Shown piece by piece: positions 58,083 to 64,000 of a stretch of 64,000 nucleotides of DNA. Location of the stretch: the sequence record PV764602.1. The stretch is one strand, 5' to 3'. How positions within the stretch are numbered: the first letter of the stretch is position 1; every line of letters starts with the position of its first letter. The notes beneath the pieces were generated by a model, which ran no database searches, had not been told where the DNA came from, and worked only from the letters and a program-made list of their open reading frames with translations. Position numbers and translations under genes: made by a program.

Positions 58083-58479
58083 AATTCCGGGGCTCAACCT
58101 TGAGTACGTGCGTGCCATTACAGGTGTCACTTCCCGAACCATAGCCATGTGGCAGAGTGGCAAGACCCTGCCGACGATGAAACAGATGGACGTAATCGAA
58201 ACGGTTAACGCCATCCTCGCCAACTGCCCTTCGGTACACCATCAAATCGCAACCTCGCATGTTCTGTCGTATGGCCTCAAGCAACCCATTGAGGGGTTCA
58301 ATACGTTGGCCGAGTTGTGTCAGGCCGCGTGTCAGGAGCGCAACCCACAATTGCACCCACTGCTGATTAGCGGGATTGCTGAGTTTGAGGCGGAGATTGA
58401 GGCGCATGCAAAACGTCTAGCACGTCCCCGTGCTCGCCACCCTAACCGAGCGTGGGAATCCGAGTATCCATCCTGCTAA
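58072..58479 (+). CDS. XRE-type HTH protein, possibly Xre/MbcA-like antitoxin architecture
   Basis: VRAITGVTSRTIAMWQSGKTLP; C-terminal L..P..G..TL.EL. Confidence 0.5.
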   Translation: MDVKIPGLNLEYVRAITGVTSRTIAMWQSGKTLPTMKQMDVIETVNAILANCPSVHHQIATSHVLSYGLKQPIEGFNTLAELCQAACQERNPQLHPLLISGIAEFEAEIEAHAKRLARPRARHPNRAWESEYPSC

Positions 58480-58488
58480 GGAACGCAC

Positions 58489-58929
58489 ATGTATACGCCT
58501 TATCAATACGAGTGCAAATGCAAATGTCACGTGCCGGACTCCACGGTAGTCCACGATACACCTTGCTGCAAGCCTAATCCTACTCAGCAGGAAATGATCC
58601 TTCGGGAGCTACTGGCCAGCTACGCAGGCAGTCCACTGTTGTATCGGGACGATGGTGAGTTGCAGGACAGCGAGATTGACTTCCTGCGCGATCATCCAAT
58701 AGAGATTGCCAAGAAGCTGACCACTCGGGCGCTGATGAAAGTTGCAGCCGCACAGCAACGCATAGAAATCAAAGAGTTTGAGCACGTGCATCCGTGCCAC
58801 ATGGAAACGTGTGCGTGTTCAACGCATGTTCTGTACCTTGATGGCGTAGCACTCACCGACGGTTCGCGGAAAGAACTTGAATCCATCGAACGTCACCTCC
58901 GTAGTTCACTGGCGAATAGTAGTGCATGA
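58489..58929 (+). CDS. Hypothetical phage protein
   Basis: RBS AAGGA; LY.DDGELQ...IDF.R motif. Confidence 0.6.
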   Translation: MYTPYQYECKCKCHVPDSTVVHDTPCCKPNPTQQEMILRELLASYAGSPLLYRDDGELQDSEIDFLRDHPIEIAKKLTTRALMKVAAAQQRIEIKEFEHVHPCHMETCACSTHVLYLDGVALTDGSRKELESIERHLRSSLANSSA

Positions 58930-59159
58930 ACGTCTTCAAGGATTGGCTCACACGGAACAACTTGACGCTAATCCAAGGGGCAAAGGAACTGGACTTGGGG
59001 AAGCGGACTATCGCGCGCTACTGCGCCGAACCATCTGAGGTTCCCGAGATAAGTATCCTCGCGCTGGCAGGCTGGGAGTTCAGCAAAGGCAAGAGGAAGC
59101 AAGCTACTGCATTGTGCGAGCTTGTCGAGAAACTCAAAAAGAAGAGGATGAAGTCGTGA
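58926..59159 (+). CDS. XRE-type HTH protein
   Basis: FKDWL...NLT..QGAKELDLGKRTIARY. Confidence 0.7.
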   Translation: MNVFKDWLTRNNLTLIQGAKELDLGKRTIARYCAEPSEVPEISILALAGWEFSKGKRKQATALCELVEKLKKKRMKS

Positions 59160-60109
59160 CCGAACAGAAAGAAACGTTTGAGGAATTCCGAGCACGCAAG
59201 CAAGCAGAGTTGCAGCCGCATCTGCAAGACACCTTCCAAGGTGACGATGCCCGTCTGATCGCATCGGTTGAATCCTTGATTGCAATGGACCTTGACGGCG
59301 TGTTGGTGCCGCATGGTATTGGCGGTACGGGTCGAGCCCTGTTGGCTGCACTAGCATCGCGCCTGCGCACTTTGAACGAAGTCATGGAGCACGTGGACCC
59401 TGCACAACTACCGGGTCTGCCTACCGACCTTCGGTTCAAGCTGGGTGCCTACGCAAAGCCAGCAGGTTCTATCCCACGCCTGATCGTGGAACCCACCACG
59501 CCTGACGAACATCGTGCCCTGTCGGAACATCTTAATTCGTTGAAGCGCGAGCAGCTGGTCACCGACGATCAAAGCGAAGCCAAGGCCAATCTGCTGACCC
59601 TGATGCAGAGTCGCCGTTCCGAACGTGCTCCCATTGATGGGGATCACAAGGATGGCCTCGACCGTATGTTCTCGGACATCGTGCACGAACGTGCTATCGA
59701 CCTTGGTGCCATTGGCGAAGATAGCTGGTTCGAGTTCGACAGTCAGGAGAAGCTGGAGGAATACATCAAGCTTGTCATGCAGGACTGGCTGCCCACCATG
59801 ATCGAAGGCACCGAAATCAGCGTTGACCTTGACTCCATATTTGGTTCCGAAGGTCGTCGCCTGTTTGGTACGGTTACTTGCGCGCAGGAGCACAATGGTC
59901 ACAACGGCGTCATCCTGCTGATGCAGGAGCCGGAACCAAACTGGAATCACTTCCCTACGCGAGAGGGTGTGGATGCAGACAACGATCCAGTGTGGACCGG
60001 GCGCTTTGAAGCGCAAGGCCAGTGCATGATTTCGTCCACTATCGAAGGCGTCGTCATTTCCAATGGGGCCCGCATTGCGTTCATAGGCCCACGCGAAGTC
60101 AACAAGTAA
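59156..60109 (+). CDS. Hypothetical mosaic protein
   Basis: RBS GAGG + GTG 59156; LVPHGIGG..R.LL motif. Confidence 0.6.
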   Translation: MTEQKETFEEFRARKQAELQPHLQDTFQGDDARLIASVESLIAMDLDGVLVPHGIGGTGRALLAALASRLRTLNEVMEHVDPAQLPGLPTDLRFKLGAYAKPAGSIPRLIVEPTTPDEHRALSEHLNSLKREQLVTDDQSEAKANLLTLMQSRRSERAPIDGDHKDGLDRMFSDIVHERAIDLGAIGEDSWFEFDSQEKLEEYIKLVMQDWLPTMIEGTEISVDLDSIFGSEGRRLFGTVTCAQEHNGHNGVILLMQEPEPNWNHFPTREGVDADNDPVWTGRFEAQGQCMISSTIEGVVISNGARIAFIGPREVNK

Positions 60110-60119
60110 CGGAGCTGTC

Positions 60120-60443
60120 ATGACAAGAAGTGTATACTCAGAACGCCGCGAGCAATTCCAAGCCATCTTGGTTAGTCGTGACCCGGACTTCCTGCCCTAC
60201 ATCACGCAATGGATAGACTACGAAGGCAACCACAAGAACCGGCTCAAGATGGTACACGACATTGAACTCAAGGACGGTCGTGTCCTCACTGAGTATCGCC
60301 CCAACGGTTCGGGCTGGTATGCCAACGTTGATCGCAAGGGAGAACCTACTCGGGTTGATGATAGCCAAGTGAAGCGCATTCGTTTGTCCCTGCGGCAGTA
60401 TCCGTGGGAGCCTGACCCTAACGAGAAAAGCGATGAAGCTTAA
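60120..60443 (+). CDS. Hypothetical protein
   Basis: RBS GGAG. Confidence 0.6.
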   Translation: MTRSVYSERREQFQAILVSRDPDFLPYITQWIDYEGNHKNRLKMVHDIELKDGRVLTEYRPNGSGWYANVDRKGEPTRVDDSQVKRIRLSLRQYPWEPDPNEKSDEA

Positions 60444-60702
60444 ATGGCAGTCAGTAAGTAAGATGGTCAGCTTCGGGCCCCACACCCGAGGCATGAGAAT
60501 GCAGCAGGTTGACGAGGCGCGCTATGCGGGCTACGTCGCTGCGATTACGCCAGAGAACGTTGTCCTGATTCATCCCGACGACACCACGCCTGCCACTTAT
60601 GGAAGTCAGCGCGTGAGCATCCACATCCACGCAGGCAATCGGGAGAGTGCTCAGGAGTTCGCAGTAGCTACCCTCAAGGCACTGGAGAAGGTGAACGCGT
60701 AA
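60433..60702 (+). CDS. Hypothetical protein
   Basis: Overlap chain. Confidence 0.55.
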   Translation: MKLKWQSVSKMVSFGPHTRGMRMQQVDEARYAGYVAAITPENVVLIHPDDTTPATYGSQRVSIHIHAGNRESAQEFAVATLKALEKVNA

Positions 60703-61124
60703 TGGACTTCGTGGCTGGTCCGATATTGATGTTTCGCAACACGCACGTGGCGATGATCCATCGCCGTGATAACAACAAGTGGGTGATCCCAGGTGGTAAA
60801 CCTGACCACAACGAGTTGCCTGTCATGACAGCGATTCGTGAACTCAAGGAAGAGACGGGCATCGACTTGCTTTCGCTGGGCTACATCAGCATGGATATGC
60901 AACCCTGCTGGTTTGCGTCACCCAAGCTGGGTGTGCCGTCCAAGCACACACTCATTCTGTACTACCTGGTACAGGTAGACGAAATGTATCCCATCCACAA
61001 CATTGAACCTGCCAAGCATCACGATGCACAATGGATCGACCTCAAGGAACTGGGTCGCTACAACGTGGGCTCACGTGATTTGCAGGCACTCCGTAACGCT
61101 CGACTTCTGCAACGAGGACGCTAA
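60702..61124 (+). CDS. NUDIX hydrolase
   Basis: Complete Nudix box GKPDHNELPVMTAIRELKEETGI. Confidence 0.93.
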   Translation: MDFVAGPILMFRNTHVAMIHRRDNNKWVIPGGKPDHNELPVMTAIRELKEETGIDLLSLGYISMDMQPCWFASPKLGVPSKHTLILYYLVQVDEMYPIHNIEPAKHHDAQWIDLKELGRYNVGSRDLQALRNARLLQRGR

Positions 61125-61330
61125 TGCTTCTTACCCATAAGCTGGACCCACTGGTATTCCTGACTGGCGCAAATGATCTTGAACATGCTCGACGCATCAT
61201 TGCAGTTGAAGAAGGGCTCATGCAACGCCCTGACCTCCGGCACCTTACTGTGATCCCCACCAAGGAGCAGCAGGAGGCCCACATCAACCGGACCCTCAAG
61301 GAAATGGATGATGAAACGCCAGCAGCGTAA
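61124..61330 (+). CDS. Hypothetical protein
   Basis: TAATG coupling. Confidence 0.55.
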   Translation: MLLTHKLDPLVFLTGANDLEHARRIIAVEEGLMQRPDLRHLTVIPTKEQQEAHINRTLKEMDDETPAA

Positions 61331-61574
61331 ACTCCTGTTTGGTGCCCTGTACGTCGTGTGCGTTCTCCTGTTTTCGGTCTTTATCAACCGCACCTACGTG
61401 ATCGGGAAGAACTTGGACAGCAAGCAGGATGCAATCAACACGGAATGGTGTGAAGAACGTGGTGGCCACCTAACGTTCCAGCGATACCCGCCACGCACTT
61501 TCTGCATGAAGGATGGCGTAGAGGTTGAACCGCAGTATCTCAAGTCCGAAGTTTGGATTGGCACTACCCCTTAA
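61308..61574 (+). CDS. Single-pass membrane protein
   Basis: LLFGALYVVCVLLFSVFI. Confidence 0.6.
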   Translation: MMKRQQRKLLFGALYVVCVLLFSVFINRTYVIGKNLDSKQDAINTEWCEERGGHLTFQRYPPRTFCMKDGVEVEPQYLKSEVWIGTTP

Positions 61575-61591
61575 TACCGCAATCTCAATAG

Positions 61592-61599
61592 TGTAAATA
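61592..61599 (+). promoter_or_regulatory. Core TGTAAATA box variant
   Basis: Intergenic, upstream of the NTP-PPase/thioredoxin/nrdA genes. Confidence 0.45.
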
Positions 61600-61658
61600 A
61601 CCTATGGGTGGTATGCTCCGGCATGCCGCTCATTTTTCATTTCCCAATCGGAGTTTCC

Positions 61659-62468
61659 ATGTCTCATCAGCAACTCAACGCCAACGTCAATAACCTCGTA
61701 GGCAATACCCCGAACGCCCACCCGCTGCTGCGCATTTTGACCTCGCAGGGTCGGATCATCAAGCAGGAAGCAGAAGAGTTGATGGCCGCTATTCTGGCCA
61801 AGGACATTACCGAAGTTCGTGACGGTCTGAGCGACGTGATCGTTACCACTGACGGCATGTACCATCGTCTCGGCATCGAGGGTGCCGATCTGGAAGAAGT
61901 GGCAAAGAGTGCGGCGGACGTTTCTGCCGTGTACCCGATCAAGAGCGCACCTTCCCTGCTGAGTATCGTGCTGGAGCAGATCAACGCTCAGATCAACTTC
62001 CTTGCTGTCGTGGGTGGCCTGACCCCGGATCAATTGGACGGCATGGCATTCAAGAACCACACCTCCACGAAGGAACAGGCCAACGAAGCTTGGATCAAGG
62101 ATACCATCGCCAGCTGTGATATTCTGCGCCGCTCTGCCTACCTGTTGTCCTCCATGTTCGGTGTTGACATTGCCGCCGACCAGCAGGCTGTGTACGAATC
62201 GAACATGAGCAAGTTCGACACCGACCGCAGTGTGGCTGAGGAAGGCGTCGGTCGCTACTGGCGTACCGTTGGTGTCGAAGTGGAAATCTTCCCGAACACC
62301 ATCAACGACGTGGAATACTTTGTCCTCAAGTCGGCCAAGGATCAGAAGGGCACTGACGGCAAGGACTACCCCGCTGGTAAGTTCCTAAAGTCCAGCAACT
62401 TCTTCGAGCCGCGCTTCCAGCCCTTGCCGGAAGACGCACCCATCTTTGAACTCCTCGCTTCCAAGTAA
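61659..62468 (+). CDS. All-alpha NTP pyrophosphatase (PRA-PH/MazG-like, dUTPase-like)
   Basis: QEAEEL, EVRDGLSDVIV, V..SNMSK, GKFLKS..F.EP. Confidence 0.8.
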   Translation: MSHQQLNANVNNLVGNTPNAHPLLRILTSQGRIIKQEAEELMAAILAKDITEVRDGLSDVIVTTDGMYHRLGIEGADLEEVAKSAADVSAVYPIKSAPSLLSIVLEQINAQINFLAVVGGLTPDQLDGMAFKNHTSTKEQANEAWIKDTIASCDILRRSAYLLSSMFGVDIAADQQAVYESNMSKFDTDRSVAEEGVGRYWRTVGVEVEIFPNTINDVEYFVLKSAKDQKGTDGKDYPAGKFLKSSNFFEPRFQPLPEDAPIFELLASK

Positions 62469-63301
62469 TGAAGGCTGTACTGACTGTTTCCAACAATTGC
62501 ATCGCGGATACCCTCAAGCTCGTCAACCGATGGGCTGAGGGTCATCCAAAGAAACCGAAAGTCGAATTGATTGGCTTCGGAGAAAAGCTGCGTGACGCAG
62601 ACGTGCTGTTGCTGCCTGCTTCCTCCATGCTGTATAGCGCACGGGAGAAGTTGGCCAAGATGAAGTCGGTGGTGATTGTGTTTGACGCCCCGCTCCAGTG
62701 CACGATGATCCAACCGGCAACGCATCTGGACATTGAGTATCAGCGTCCTAGCTACAAGTGTGCGTTCCGTAAGCTGACTCAGGGATTGGTCAGTGAAGAA
62801 CTGGACAAGGCGTTCGGGGCAAAGTCTGTTGACATTGAGTGGGAGCGGATTGAAGTCGCTCCGCGTTTGATGAACCAGCAGCTTACCAGCATCCTGAATC
62901 CGATCATGACATTCCTGCATTCTGTGCGTGACCCTGACAACAGGCAGCACTATCAGAAGCTGGTATACACATGGTTGTTCTCTGACGCTCCTGTCAGTGT
63001 GCTGCAATCCAAGATCATGGAAGACGGTAACTACAAGAAGGTTCCCGCCGCACTTGCCAAGCTGGTCGAAGCTATGACGCCAATGGACAAGGCACGCGAG
63101 GCATTCCGCGAAGTCCTGAGCAGGACGGAAGCGGGTAAGGCGGTGAGCTACAAGAAGTTGAGTGCGAAGTACGGAGTGGCTGTGTTTGACCTCCGGTATA
63201 CGATGAGTGTTGTCCGCAAACTTGGCAAGTATCATGTGGTTCAAAAGACGGTCAAAGAACTGTATGACACCCGCCAGAAAGAGAAGCGGTTGAAGGAATG
63301 A
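62468..63301 (+). CDS. Hypothetical protein
   Basis: TAATG coupling; 277 aa. Confidence 0.65.
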   Translation: MKAVLTVSNNCIADTLKLVNRWAEGHPKKPKVELIGFGEKLRDADVLLLPASSMLYSAREKLAKMKSVVIVFDAPLQCTMIQPATHLDIEYQRPSYKCAFRKLTQGLVSEELDKAFGAKSVDIEWERIEVAPRLMNQQLTSILNPIMTFLHSVRDPDNRQHYQKLVYTWLFSDAPVSVLQSKIMEDGNYKKVPAALAKLVEAMTPMDKAREAFREVLSRTEAGKAVSYKKLSAKYGVAVFDLRYTMSVVRKLGKYHVVQKTVKELYDTRQKEKRLKE

Positions 63302-63361
63302 AATTTTGCAATTTCATCTTGCCCCTCTGAGGGCATTCCCAAACTCATCGGACTACTGACC

Positions 63362-63703
63362 ATGAAAGAAATCTCCATTGAATCACTTGACCATCTGGAT
63401 GAAGTGGTCGCCAGCAACCCGCTGGTGATCGCCAAGTTCGGTAAGGACAACTGCCCCGGCTGCAACGCTCTGGATATTACCTTGCAGAACATGCGTAGCA
63501 AGGCGGAGTACACTGAGGTGGTTGTTGCTAACGTCAAGTTGGAGAAGATCGGCCGTGATGAATTCATCACTGTAGCACGTGCAGCCCCTACCACTCTGCT
63601 GTATCGGTATGGGGACGAAGTGTACCGTCTCAACAGCTTTACTGGCGCGGTGCCTTTCATCAGTGCAGTTGACCAGCATCTGCTGTCCAGCTGTGAAGCG
63701 TAA
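63362..63703 (+). CDS. Thioredoxin-like protein
   Basis: VIAKF...CPGC..L; adjacent to nrdA. Confidence 0.85.
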   Translation: MKEISIESLDHLDEVVASNPLVIAKFGKDNCPGCNALDITLQNMRSKAEYTEVVVANVKLEKIGRDEFITVARAAPTTLLYRYGDEVYRLNSFTGAVPFISAVDQHLLSSCEA

Positions 63704-63778
63704 GTGAATTAAATCCAACTAATAGACCAAGGGCGTACAGGGCTTACACCCAACTACGTCGGCGGTTGCAGGTGAACC

Positions 63779-64000
63779 ATGATTAAGACGATTATCAAGC
63801 GGGACGGGCGAGTAGAAGATTTTAGCCCGGAGAAGATCAATGGATGGGGCGTGTGGGCAGCGCAATCCCTAGGCGGTTACGTAGATTGGTCCGGCGTCGT
63901 GATGACTGCTGTGGCGGGTCTGCCTGAATACTGCGATAGTGAGAAGCTGCAACTGGCGCTCATCCAAGCCTGTCTGGACCAAGCGGATTGGGCACACAAT
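63779..64000 (+). CDS. nrdA: Ribonucleotide reductase alpha subunit, N-terminal ATP-cone (partial, runs off window)
   Basis: MIKTIIKRDGRVEDFSPEKIN.W..WA...VDWS.VV. Confidence 0.8.
   Translation, partial: MIKTIIKRDGRVEDFSPEKINGWGVWAAQSLGGYVDWSGVVMTAVAGLPEYCDSEKLQLALIQACLDQADWAHN

Overview
This window is the first 64 kb of a large lytic dsDNA (jumbo-type) phage genome, apparently rotated to start at the terminase ATG. GC is about 55-58% by eye. Every credible gene is on the + strand, tightly packed with ATGA/TAATG overlaps. Layout: (1-5.2 kb) terminase, portal-like and prohead-protease-like genes; (7-30 kb) nucleotide, replication, recombination and transcription genes (thyA, Cas4-like nuclease, dNMP kinase, TGT/DpdA-like transglycosylase, SWIM protein, sigma-70-region-2 factor, gp32-like SSB with a giant D/K block tail, RecA, QueD, MmcB-like, NADAR fusion, SbcCD, 5'-3' exonuclease, DnaX); (33.4-34.8 kb) a mostly non-coding, origin-like locus with a local C-to-G skew flip; (35-61 kb) about 70 small accessory genes, including a sigma70-driven cassette, a His-rich ADP-ribosyltransferase, SAM-methyltransferase, GNAT, wHTH regulator, CYTH, NUDIX and MazG-like enzymes; then thioredoxin and the start of nrdA. 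No tRNA, rRNA, CRISPR array, integrase, intron or intein was seen. The strongest unexplained signals are: a 17-bp palindrome GKTGCCA(AAA/TTT)TGGCAHC in 9 copies, often fused to a 12-bp box ATCCTGTAAATA (6 exact copies); two unannotated micro-ORFs 15 kb apart sharing a synonymously diverged ArfA-like tail RGKSKYTRKxGKRK; 11-bp-phased GAAC repeats above a sigma70 promoter; an ART C-terminal fragment in frame behind a TGA; a DpdA+QueD 7-deazaguanine modification module; and charge-blocked disordered tails on the replication proteins. All family assignments come from motif reading, without database searches.
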